Positions 51,037 through 63,262 are shown, counted from the stretch's first letter. The stretch: DNA of 64,000 nucleotides from Octopus bimaculoides (GCF_001194135.2 NC_068992.1:61210566-61274565); one strand, 5' to 3'. The notes: generated by a model not told the origin, from the letters alone. A program made the numbers and translations.

Positions 51037-53369
51037 AGGCTTCTTTTAGTATTTGTCTATCAATTTAAATCACAAGGTGTTGGTCAGCCAGCTCAGCTTA
51101 ACACTACAGTAGACACTTTCCCAAGAACTAGAGACCATGCAATAACAAAATGAACTTCATATCCATACAATCATGTCTCTCCAATACAATATGACTCAGG
51201 ACTAAACAACAACAAGGTACATTAATCATTGCTACTTTACTTTGCAGTCTACCACAATATCCATAGTCTACACTATGAAATGACCTGATCTGGGTTTGGG
51301 TTAGGGCTTAGGGTTAGAGTCAGGGTCTAGGATTAGTGTTGGGGTTAGACTGCACATTAAAGTGTAAATGGCCAGGTAGACTGCATGCTGAAGTGTAAAT
51401 AGCCAGTAAATAACATGCTAAAGAAGCACTGATTAATCTTAATCGTGGATGGATCTATGGATAAAGACCGAGTAAGACAAAGCACTAAAATAGTGAAATT
51501 AAATCTCTAGATATTTAATCTCAAAGACTTGATGACAACAGATCTAAGAGAGTGAAGCAGGCCTATTTGACCAGACATAAGATAAATGTTAAAACAATGA
51601 TGTGAAGGAAGAAAGTTTATATTTGAAATGTTTTTACATAACAAAAATCCTGAATAGATACAAGGAATTTCATCTGATGCTTTAAGGACCCTCCAATTTG
51701 CCACAAATGATATTAAGTTAGGCTGCTCTAAAGAGTGAAAACATTTGTTGTTTTGAACCTTGGTCATTTGATGGAGTGATTAAATAGTTCATGATAATAC
51801 TTAATGCAAGGAGTATTAAGAAGTTATTAAGATATTATTAAAAAAAAAACTATATTAGCCAGTGACTTATTATATTTTAACTCATCATGCTGAGGGTAGT
51901 AATATAAAGTACCAGTGAAGTACTGCTGTAAAAGTAATCAACTATATCCTTCCCTAAAATTCAGTCTTGTACTTGTGTTAAAAATCCATATTGTTTTTAT
52001 TTTACCAAATACAGCAAACAACTGTGAACATGTTTCCATCTTTTTATGAACTCATCAGTAAAGCACGCACATAAGTTCTGCTGTGCTTACTGAAGTAGGG
52101 ATGAGAGAATTATAAAGTAAATATACAAGAGTGTACAGTTGTTCGTGTAGATCATGGTTCTCAGTATTTCATAGCTCATCTTACATTTTCATGGAATAGT
52201 ATTTTACAACACCTCTCTCCACCTGTGTTTTGGGAAAAGAAAACACAGCAAATTATTTTAATGAAACAGAAGCTAATTTGCACAGTGGTTTATTATCCAA
52301 TTTTTTCTTTTAATTATATCCCATCCAGCTTCCTTTTAGATATTTATATATCATAAAATTATATTAGGCCTTGGCACATCATTACTCAAGTTTCTGATCA
52401 CTGATAACACAATCTCCTCTTATGTTTCCATTCTCACAGAAGTGTTTTTGAAAGTGTTTAAAATATAAGTATTGTGCCTGATTTATATATTTTATATATA
52501 AGAAAAATCTTGTGAGCTCTCACCATTTCGCCAATTCTCCATTGGTATCCTCCTGGCATTTCCCAGTTACTATGAACTCACAATACTCACAAGAGTGCAC
52601 TACTAACCAAGTTAAGGACTACAATTACTGATGCATAGAATTGTTCAGAAAACAAAAATAACTCAAGGTTGGTGGGCGGTGATGGGGGGGGGGTCTTTTT
52701 GTCTTACATCCATTTTTCCATACTTTCATAGGTTGGATGAATATGTTATTTGAGACATTGCTTTACAGCTGGATGCCTTTTTTCTCTCTAACCCATACCT
52801 GTTTTTCAAGCAGGGGATCACTTATTCCACATAGCTTTAATGGCACGAAAAGCCCAGGTGATTTTTATTACAGGAGACACTGACAAGACTGCTGGCATTT
52901 CTCTCCACACTTCTGTACAAACAACTGTAGGTGTTTACATGGAAAACAACAGGCTAGGTTACTGTTAACATCTTTAATGCAGGAGAAAAAAAACAAACTA
53001 ACTACTGATAATTATATGATGATGACAAAGTGATATTAGTCAATGACTAAATAAAAGTGTCTTCTACTGTAACCCCAGGCCAACCAAAACCTTATCAGTG
53101 GATCTGGTCAATGGAAACTGAAAGAAGGTTGTACATGTATGTGTTGTGCACACGTTACTTTCTCCATGCCTTGACATCACAGTATAGTTGTAAATGAGTG
53201 TCATTGTTATGCAACCAGTGTCCTTTGTTTACAATGTTCTTTGAAAACAATCTGGTCAAGGGGAAATATTACCTTACTTGGAGAAAGGTGAGGACTGGCA
53301 TCCAGTCATAGAAAATCTGCTTAAATAAATTCTATCCGATCCATATAAATATGGAAATGTGGACAATAA

Positions 53370-53600
53370 GAACATTGATGAGTATGTGACATCAGTCTCA
53401 CTGCTGCTTACCAATATTCCAATTTGTGAAAGTATCTACGATGAAGCACCAACTGCTGCTAAACCACCTAAGACCAGCAAAGCAGATGGTGCAGATTGTG
53501 TGCCTCCAGAGATTCTTTGGAATTCTGAGTTACTTCTTTTGTTTCTTCATATTCTAAATTCTACTTACATCATGAGTGTGGGTCAGGAATATTCCAATTC
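53370..53600 (+). mobile_element. LINE RT N-terminal remnant
   Basis: ORF 53359-53607 segment KTSKADGADCVPPEILW resembles the LINE KxGKAPGxDGIPxEI motif. Confidence 0.5.
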
Positions 53601-53842
53601 ATTTTGATTTGGTAAAATAGTTATTTTCCTTAAACATTGTATGTCATATATTCTGGACAGTTTTATTTCTTTATCGTTGTACAAATGCATAATTGGCTGA
53701 TGAAAACTTCTTGTTTGTATTTTATTTCATTTGATTTCTTAACTCTTCATTTTTATCTTCTCATTTATTCTGCCACAATTCGAATTTAATTTTCATTAGT
53801 AATAGATATCTGTAACCTGTATCTTTTTTTTTTATTTTTTTT

Positions 53843-54662
53843 TTTACTTGTTTCGGTCATTTGACTGTGGCCTTGCTGGGGCACTGCTTTGAAGGGTTTT
53901 AGTTGAACAAATTGACCCCAGGACTTATCTTTATTTTTTTAAGCCTGATGCTTACTACATCAGTCTTCTCTTTCACTGAACCACCAAATCGCAGGCATAC
54001 GAACACACTATCACTGGTCAAGCAGTGGGAATGGGGAGGAGCAAACAGACACAAAGACATACATAGATATATACAACAGGCTTCTTTCAGTTTTCATCTA
54101 TCAAATACACTCACAAGGCTTTGGTTGGCCCGAGGCTATAGTAGAAGACACATACCCAAGGTGCCATGCAGTAGGGCTGAACCCAGAATCATGTGATTGG
54201 GAAGCAAGCTTCTTACCACACAGCCATGCCTGTGCCTATATGTTGATGTTCATTTTTCACTGGTTTTAATCATTGGACTGTGGCCATGCTGGGATATTGC
54301 ATTGAAGCATTTTTAGTTGCACAGATGAACACCAGTACTTAAAGTTTTAAGTCTGGTACATATTCTGTCAGTTTCTTTTGCCAAACTATAAAATTATGGG
54401 GACATAAATTAACACTGCTTATCAAGCAGTGGGGAGCAAACACAAACACATCTGTGAGAACATGTATATTTATATATATACACACAAACACACATAATGA
54501 GCTTCCACACTGCTCCCATCTACCAAATTCACTCACAGGACATTAATCAGCCTTGAGCTATAGTAGAAGACATTTGCCCAAGGTGCCAGTCTGTGGAACT
54601 AAACCCAAGCCTACATGGTTTGTTGCAAAGCAAGCTTCTTAACTACACAGCCATGTCTGTGC
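53843..54662 (-). mobile_element. Two tandem antisense SINE family A copies
   Basis: Reverse-complement tail (tttacttgtttcggtcatttgactgtggcc) and heads ending at about 54236 and 54662. Confidence 0.8.
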
Positions 54663-55082
54663 CGATGTGTCAATATTTCTAAATAAATAAATAGGAAAGT
54701 AAAGCTGGGGTGGTTGAACTGTTAATGTTTCTTTAAGAATTTCAAACATGTATTGAATTATTTTGAATATTCTTTAGAGTTACTCAAATTCATTGCTTAG
54801 GCATTTCTTCATCTCCTGATTTTTGCCTACTGAAGTTTTTTTTTTTTTTTCCTGTTATGTTTTAATATATATATATATTTTTCTTTCTCAGTGTTTGCTT
54901 CCTTTTGTTCCATATGAATATTCGCAATCATATCTCCAGACCATCATGAGTCAAATCATTCGAAACTGCTTTCTCTAAACAAAATTGTTTTTTTTTTTTT
55001 TAAACCATTCCTTAATATTTTGAAAAGAAAACAATCCTTGACCCTAACAAATTTTCCTCTGCCTTTATTTCATGATGTGTAG

Positions 55083-55100
55083 CAAAAGCAAGATATCATG
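55083..55100 (+). CDS. FRMD5: Candidate 18-nt microexon (A-KARYH)
   Basis: Branch-point-like ccctaac at 55042-55048, tract ttttcctctgcctttatttc, tgtag|CAAAAGCAAGATATCATG|gtaagt; phase 1-1, matching the flanking exons, no stop. Confidence 0.55.
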
Positions 55101-55465
55101 GTAAGTTTATTTATTGTTTCTCTCCAATGAATTATTTCCAAGACGGTGAATTCTAGAAAAACACACTTCCATCCCCATGGCTATTAGTAAGAGATCGGAC
55201 TGAGAGACTGTCATGGGTTGGCTAATCCAATATAACCAAGCGACTGTCTGTCCCCATTAGAGTAAATCTAATACAAAGTTAGAGTAAATTCTTTAATCAT
55301 TTTTCAATATCTTAGAGTAGATTCACTAACATGCTTTTTCTTACTTGCTTTTAGAATTTATTAAGAAAAATGAGCCTATAGTAACTACTTGCTCAAGGTG
55401 CCATGCAGTGAGACTGAACCCAGAACGATGTGGTTGGGAAGCAAGCTTCTTACCACACAGCTATG

Positions 55466-55519
<54 letters not shown>

Positions 55520-55695
55520 CACACATACAATGCAAAGGTTGACTGACTTCAAAGTTTCAACATTTCTTTGAGAAATCTCTCCTGTCACTGGTAGGAGAAA
55601 TGGTGATGGGCTTAGGATGTCCTTAAGAAGTGCCTAAATATTTTACCTGATTACTCTGTGCAACCATATCAGTCTCATACACACATACATATGTA

Positions 55696-55733
<38 letters not shown>

Positions 55734-56193
55734 GGGCAAATAAGAAAATGGAGAGGATATACAATCGACAAACATCAGCCAGTAAACATTCAATTATATA
55801 TATTTATTTAATGATTATAAACATACGTATATACATACACATATATATATATGTGTGTGTGTGTATATCTCTTTATGCAGTCATTGACTTATTTCAATTT
55901 GTTAATTTGTATCACTCACACTTGTTTGTAATCATTTAATAAATAGATATAATGAATGTTTATTGGCTGATATTTGTCGATTGTATATCCTCTCCATTTT
56001 CTTATTTGCCATATAAATCCTGGTTAAATTTCTAATTTACCCTAGCTCATACCTAATACTCAATTGTGATATTGCCATGCAATAGTAAGCACTTGGTTAT
56101 GAATAATTAGGTACACATCCAGTAGTAATACTGGATATTTAATATTCCCTTAAACAGTTTCTTAACCTCTTATACAGAAATAAATAAATAAAT

Positions 56194-56231
<38 letters not shown>

Positions 56232-57542
56232 GCTTTAGCAGGTGTTAGTTAGTGCTGTAAGTGGCATTTCTTAGTGTAGTGTTGTTACGTAACATCCACT
56301 CATCAGAAACAAAACAATTTTATGAATCTCATTTTGTCAAGGTTGTTCAGTTTGTTCTGTCACCATCGTCATTTTCAGCATCCACTTTTCTATGCTTGCA
56401 TAGATCAGATGGAATTTATTGGGACAGATTTTCTATGGTCAGATGCCCATCCTGTCACCAATCTTCATTTATTTCCAAGTACGGTAATATTTCCCTGTGG
56501 CTGGACATGTTTTCATAGAAGACAGGAAGCAACACTGCTTGTATGACAGTGATGCTCATTTACAACTATCGTATGATGTCAAGGCAATGAGGCACACACA
56601 CACACACACATTATTATACATATATATATATTTATACACATACTCATGTATACATATCTATATACCCAGACTGACATATATATGTATACATACACACACA
56701 TACGTAAGGTGCTTTGTCAGTTTCCATCTTCCAAATTCACCCACAAGGCTTTCGGTCAATGCACCTAATAGTGAAAGATAAATAAAACAAAATGCATAGG
56801 CAATCTACCATAACTACTCTTGTCTTCAGTACACATTATGATAACCATTCTTTGTGGGAGTTATATCAGTTACAATTAGCATGCTTTATAAATAAACCTA
56901 CTTATAAAACACTTCTATGAATTAACTTTTTTTTCACTAGGCTATTAGTTTCTACATTCTGACTTGATTGCCTTCACTTGCATTAGCATTATGGTAACAC
57001 CCTAAAATAATTAGTGAAAGCATGGTACTTGATAGCAAGTTGTACTCATTTGTGAATGGTGACTATGCTTTAATACTACTTAACAGTTTCAAAATATTAA
57101 CAAGTCTGCATCATTGAGAAGGAAAAGGAAAACAAATATTGACTAGTTTGTTAATGCTTCTGAAAAGATATGGAAACATTAGACAATGTAGCTTTTTCAG
57201 ATGTGGTTCACCAATTTTAAATTTAACCTTTTTGTTACAATATTTTTGCTGAAATAGGACTACCTTTGCTATAACTCATTTTGAAAATGATGGAAAATTT
57301 AGGAAAATAATTTCATCAGTATTAAACTGGTGTTGGGCACAGATGAAATATTAATGGAAGGTTTTAATTTAGATCAGTTTATCTCTTTACTACCATATTT
57401 CTGTAGAAATACACTGCCCTTGTTTCAGGTAGTTTTGAAAAATAATGAAGCATTTAATAAAATAACTTTATTATTAAGCTGGTATTTGGAATTTCAATTA
57501 ACATGAAATTTTAATGAAAGGTTTTAATTTAGATTAGTTTAA

Positions 57543-57749
57543 CCCTTTAGCATTCAAACAGGCCATATCAGGCCCAAATATTTTACTTTTTTTATGTTTA
57601 AACTGGCCAAATCTAGCCACTTATACCTTCCCTCCAATATGATTCTAAAAATAAACAATCACACCATAAAAATCTCAGAGCTCGATTAATACAAAATAAT
57701 GTGAACAAATAAGCATAACATCTGACTGGATAATCTGAATACTAAAGGG
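57543..57749. mobile_element. piggyBac-like MITE family E with TTAA TSD, nested in a family F copy
   Basis: TTAA-CCCTTTAGCATTCA...TGAATACTAAAGGG-TTAA; family F sequence resumes on both sides. Confidence 0.85.
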
Positions 57750-58431
57750 TTAAGAGAGGTAATTTGTGTTGTAGAAACAGGGACAGTTTTATGTTGATTA
57801 GTATTGAAAAGACTAAGGACAAAAAAAAAAAAAAGTAAATTTCTTTTAATGAATCCTATTTTATCCCTCCATTAAGCCATTCCCATGAGGTCTCCAGTGT
57901 ACTCTTGTGATGCTTCTTGCACACAAAAGTTAAGCTGCTTGTTATTTTGTTGTGTTCAAAACATTTTTTTTAAAAAAAAAAGCAAGTTTATTCTGTTGAT
58001 TGATAACCTCTGATTTCTGTTTGTCTTTTGCATGCTTGAATGATTTCTCTTGCTTCTACTTGAGCAACTCTCACACTTCAGTAGGCAACCTTCTTAGTGG
58101 GCAACTTTTGCCCTTTTCTTCGGTCTAAGTATCACTTATCATTTCTCTGTTATTAATTTACAAAAAGAAAGGTATGGTTTCTATTTAACGTAAAAACTAA
58201 ACTGAAAAAAAGGAATAATAAACAAAACAAGAACCAAAAAAAAAGGCAGAGCTTAACCGGCTTTCTCATGTTGATTTCTCTTAAAATGCGACAGTGCTTT
58301 GTTTTTTGTTTTTTTTTTTCCTTATTGTATTGCAACCAGCCTGGTTTTTAGTTAGCTTGCTCTCCAGTCAAGGAGTCTCATTGTGNNNNNNNNNNTTTAC
58401 TTTAATTTTTATATCACTAAGTGGTTATTTC

Positions 58432-58476
<45 letters not shown>

Positions 58477-58843
58477 CATCTCGGAAGTATTTCTGTTTCG
58501 AAATATTGCCTTCATCATTTCAAATAAGTCAGTCTGTTGCACGTCCAAAAATACACGCTTTGTTTGGTGGTAATCTCTATTGCTTCTCTTCATTCATATT
58601 TAGGCAATTTCTCATCCAGCAGTGACAATTATAAGAATATTTGTCATTCTTTATCGATGGAAGTTTTTGTAATGCTTATAGTGTTTTTCTCGTTTGCTTC
58701 TGTATCTGCTTCATTACTCATTCACTGAATTAAAACTCTTTCAGAAAAAAAAAATAAATAGAGAGGGGATTTTTTTGCCCTTTCATGTTTCTAAAAACTT
58801 TGTTTGAAATCTGTTTGAATTTTTTTTTCTACAATACTACTAC

Positions 58844-58894
<51 letters not shown>

Positions 58895-58904
58895 CATTAT
58901 TATT

Positions 58905-59790
58905 AAGGTGGCGAGCTGGCAGACTCGTAAGCATGCTGGATGAAATGCTTACATTCTGAGTTCAAAATCCATTGCCTTTCATCCTTTCAGGGTTGATCAA
59001 TTAAGTACCAGTTATACATTGAGATCAATGTAATCAACTTAATCCCTTCCCCCAAATTTGAGACCTTGTGCTTCCAGTAATAAGGATTATTATTATTATT
59101 GTTATTATTATTATTAAGGTGGCAAGCTAGTAGAATCATTTGCACATTGGGCAAAATACCTAGCAACATTTCTTCTGGCTCTTTATGTTCTGAGTTCAAA
59201 TACCACCAAGGTCAACTTTGCCTTTCACCCTTTTCGGGTCAATAAAATAAAGTACCAGTCAAAAGGGCTAAATTCTATGTAATCAGGTTTCCTTCTCACC
59301 CTAAAATTTCTGGTTTTGAGCTAAAATTTGACACAATTATTATCAAAATTATTATAAAGTGTTTTGTGGATTCTCAGAATTGATAACACTTGACAAAATG
59401 CCAGTTGATATTAATAGTTCTTTACATTCTGATTTCAAATCCCACCAAGGTCAACTTTGACTTTTGTTCCTCTGAGGTCCATAAAATAGCAGTTGTCAGC
59501 ATCAACTAACACCTTCCCACAAAACTGCAGGCCTGTGCTTAAATTAGAAGTAATTATTATGGCAGTGAATTAGCTGAATCATTGAGCATCAAACAAAATA
59601 CTTTATAGTATTTCTTTCAATTCTTTATCTTCTGAGTTCAAATCCAGCTGAGGTCAGCTTTGCTTTTTATTCCTCTGTGGGTCAATAGAATATAATACCA
59701 GTAAAAAGTACTGGATTCAATGGCATTGACTTACACCTTCCTCTCACAATTGCTGGACTTTGTGCCTATATTAGAAGCAATTATTCAACT
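58905..59790 (+). mobile_element. Four head-to-tail SINE family B copies
   Basis: Heads at about 58905, 59117, 59350 and 59560, separated by (TTA)n. Confidence 0.8.
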
Positions 59791-60206
59791 GATAGTTTTA
59801 TAATCCATTGTTAGTGAACATTTTAATACTTTAAGTGTTTGTCACAATGACTTCTTAGCTTATTTCTTCTAACCATCACAGTTCTAAATCATCACTACTA
59901 AATATTTAAGCATTCTTTTCAACATGTTGATGACACTTAAAATATATTCTATGAATAATTTTTTAACACCATTCAGTGTAAGGAGAAAGTTTTATTATCT
60001 TGGTATTCTACCATTTCTGATTGTAGTGCTTGTTTCAAAATCAGTCTGTTGTAAAACAGATTTGTTTTGTTTGTTTTTGTCATAATGCTCCCTTGAAGAT
60101 TTTTTACAATAAAGAATGCTTTTTAAATTATAAACTATATTCTCTCCATAAGAAATGTCTAACTTTGTGAAATGTTGAAGTTAGCTTAATTTATGTCTCA
60201 AGTTAT

Positions 60207-60253
60207 GCCATGCTGATGACTCCAAAGGAGGATGAAATAATGCTATACATGGC
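60207..60253 (+). ncRNA. Type I hammerhead-ribozyme-like motif (degenerate stem II closure)
   Basis: GCCATG-CTGATGA-CTCCAAAGGAGGAT-GAAA-TA(ATGC)TA-TA^-CATGGC; perfect 6-bp stem I and an intact core. Confidence 0.55.
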
Positions 60254-61737
60254 TACCAACTACTTGAAATTTTAAAAACTTTGTCATGTGTAAAAAAAAA
60301 TATAAATACATTTCTATACTCTGTATGCCTTCTTTACTCATTGTAACTTCTAAATTTTCAAATCTGCCTCAATTTAATCTACAAGTGATTGTCTCCTCTG
60401 TAACAGTTAGCCACCAGGGGCACCTCATGTGTTTGAATATAACTTGGTAACTGAATTTAACAAAGTTTATCATTGTGATATTTTCCATTTGTATTATGAA
60501 CTAATTATTGCTAACATTCAAACTGAGTTGTGTGTGTGTGATGTGCATAGACTAGAACAGAAGAGAATTTTTTGCTATTTTATTTCTAATCCTATTTCTG
60601 GACAAAATCCAGTTTTACTAACTTTCTATTGAACATGATAGACACCTAATTAAAAAAAACCAAAAACTACATTGCGTTTTTTTCCTGTCATTTTTCTACT
60701 AACAGAATTTGTTCTCTGTCTTGTAAATGATAACTTAATGTTTGACATATATTTATGATTTTAATTTACTTTGTATCAGTGTTTTAAACAATTTATATTT
60801 TCAGTAAAGTCAATAGAGTACGATGAACTTGCCATGGGGAGTGGAAAATTGAATGTTTCAAAGAGATTCCTTCTTTAAGGAAATGTTGACAGAAATTAAT
60901 GAGAAACAGCAGAGTTTTATACTCTCTATGTTAAAAAGAAAGAAATTGGCTGCAAACTAGAGACTGTAAAAACTCTGCTGTCTCATTAATTTATCTCATT
61001 GCAAGTTCCCCTGTACTCCTTTTACTGGTTTTAGTAAATAATACAAGTCTTACCAACACAGACCAACACTAGTGTCTTTAGAGTCTGAGCAATTCACATT
61101 TTTGTATCTCTATGATGATGAATTTCTGATTTTAGGAAAATCAATGAACTGATAGGTTTATATATATAGAATGGAATATAGATATATAAAGAATTATTTC
61201 AGTTTTTACTTACTTACCATTCAAGGTAGCAGAGTTAGAGCATTGGCTAGAATGCTTTGCAGTATTTGTTGTGACACTCAGTAACTGTGATTTCAAATCC
61301 TGTCAAAGTCAACTTCACCTTTCATCCTTGATTCTTTTTCCTTACAGTAGAGCTATATGAACATCACATCATATACCTTGCAGTATGTGTTCTAGCTCTT
61401 TGCATTCTGAGTTCAAATGCTGATGTTACTTACCTGTGTGATAGACTTAATGTATTGCCCAGTCTAACACCACCACATGGCACCTTAAGTGTCTGTAACA
61501 TGGTCCACTCTGGTGCAAGCTTTCAGATTCAGTCTTCAGTTTGGGGATGCCTTGTCTTCTTCCCTCTTACTTATCTCAGAGGCCCTGTAAAGAGTCATGG
61601 ACACTGCCTTTCCTCTTGACTAAAAGACTAAATACAAGGCATCAAAACAATTTTTTTTTTCTGATATCATTCTTACATAGTCATAATGTTGATTTCTAAA
61701 AATATTGACTCATTGCTTTCTAAATATTTGGAAGGCA

Positions 61738-62100
61738 GAAGGCAGTGAGCTGGCAGAAACATTAGCATGCCGGGTGGAATGCTGAATGGTATTTCGTCTG
61801 TCTTTATGTTCTGAGTTCAAATTCCACCGAGGTAGACTGCCTTTCATCCTTTACATGGTCGATAAATTAAGTACCATTTGTGTACTGGAGATTGATCTAA
61901 ACGACTGNNNNNNNNNNNNNNNNNNNNNNNNNNNNNNNNNNNNNNNNNNNNNNNNNNNNNNNNNNNNNNNNNNNNNNNNNNNNNNNNNNNNNNNNNNNNN
62001 NNNNNNNNNNNNNNNNNNNNNNNNNNNNNNNNNNNNNNNNNNNNNNNNNNNNCCCCATCCCCAAAATTTGGGGCCTTGTGCCTAGAGTAGGAAAGAATAT
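61738..62100 (+). mobile_element. SINE family B (interrupted by gap)
   Basis: Head at about 61740, core gactgcctttcatcc, tail ccccaaaatttggggccttgtgcctagagtag. Confidence 0.8.
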
Positions 62101-62231
62101 TTGGAAGGCAGAAACAAAATGGTCAAATGGATATTCTAACATCAGAAGTATTGAGTTGAAATCCACTGTTGACATTTTGTTAAAATGTTAGGCAGTACTC
62201 CTTAACATTACACCCAACCATTCACCTAGCT

Positions 62232-62272
<41 letters not shown>

Positions 62273-62466
62273 AACATACACACACACATACATTGAGTTG
62301 TATGCTTTATAACAATAAAATATTATATATTATGCATGATCCTCAATCATCCAGATTTAAGTAACTTTAAACAATAGAATTTGGTTTGATGAAAATAAAG
62401 CAGATGTGTTATAAAATCTTCTTACAGTTAAACCAATTTCAAATTTTATCCAAATTATTATTGTTG

Positions 62467-62506
<40 letters not shown>

Positions 62507-62521
62507 TATTATTATTAACAG

Positions 62522-63165
62522 AACTACCAGTGGATGTTCCTGGAAAAGTAGAACAAGAGGAACATGTCAGCCCCGATAAAATGAATACATCCAAAAGTGC
62601 ACCAATTGCTTCAAGTGAAAGCTCTTCTGAAGAGAAAACATTGACACAAGATGTCGATGCATTAACAGGAGAAGTGTCTCCAGTTTCAGTACAAGAAGCT
62701 CTACAAGTTCCTGGTGACCTTCAAAAGAGCAGTACTCCTGGATCCGAATCATCTGATGTTGTTCTAGCTGAATCCCTCAATATGGAACCAGTACCCACGA
62801 TGAAAATGTCTCTGGATGAACAGATCAAAGAATTGGAGCAACATTGGGTACAGACACAGAATAGCCATTTTTCGCCACTATCGCAGGTCGAGGCATCAGC
62901 TGTGTCAAACGAGAAGACGGCAGCAACAACACCTACATCAAGCGCAAATGCAAAAGCTCCTTCACTGTTAGATCGTTTATATAAGTGCAAACCCAACATG
63001 ATGTACGTATCTGCTGTGATTGCCTTGATTATTGCACTGGTGTTGATTGTGGTGCTTGCTTCAAGTATTCAACATCCTATAATGGCTCTGATTAGGCGAC
63101 AATTCAACCTTGAGCCTATGAGTGACTACATTAACGACAAGGTGGGTTCTTTGTTTCAGTCGTGA
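62522..63165 (+). CDS. FRMD5: Terminal coding exon: Ser/Glu/Thr-rich linker, TM helix and short tail (E-LPVDVPG...GSLFQS*)
   Basis: ttaacag|AACTACC; G+AA gives Glu in phase 1. 644 nt open to TGA at 63163-63165. Hydrophobic YVSAVIALIIALVLIVVLA at about 63004-63060 fits the C-terminal TM of FRMD3/5. Exact acceptor slightly uncertain (62531 is also in frame). Confidence 0.88.
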
Positions 63166-63262
63166 ATTCTGTCATTTTAATTGACTTGTGTGTTCCGGTG
63201 TGTTTCATCTTCCTCCCAATAACTGTTCTAATGTTTATTTAAATCAACTTCACCACTGTTTA

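Noticed and set aside
52021-52070. Minus-strand CTGATGA...GAAAC-AT-GTT hammerhead-like core
   Set aside because: Neither stem I nor stem II can pair.
62386-62521. N-terminal part of the 259-aa ORF with poly-Leu, looking like a signal peptide of a single-exon gene
   Set aside because: The poly-Leu is the intronic (TTA)n read-through; the downstream frame joins the FERM exons via a phase-1 acceptor.
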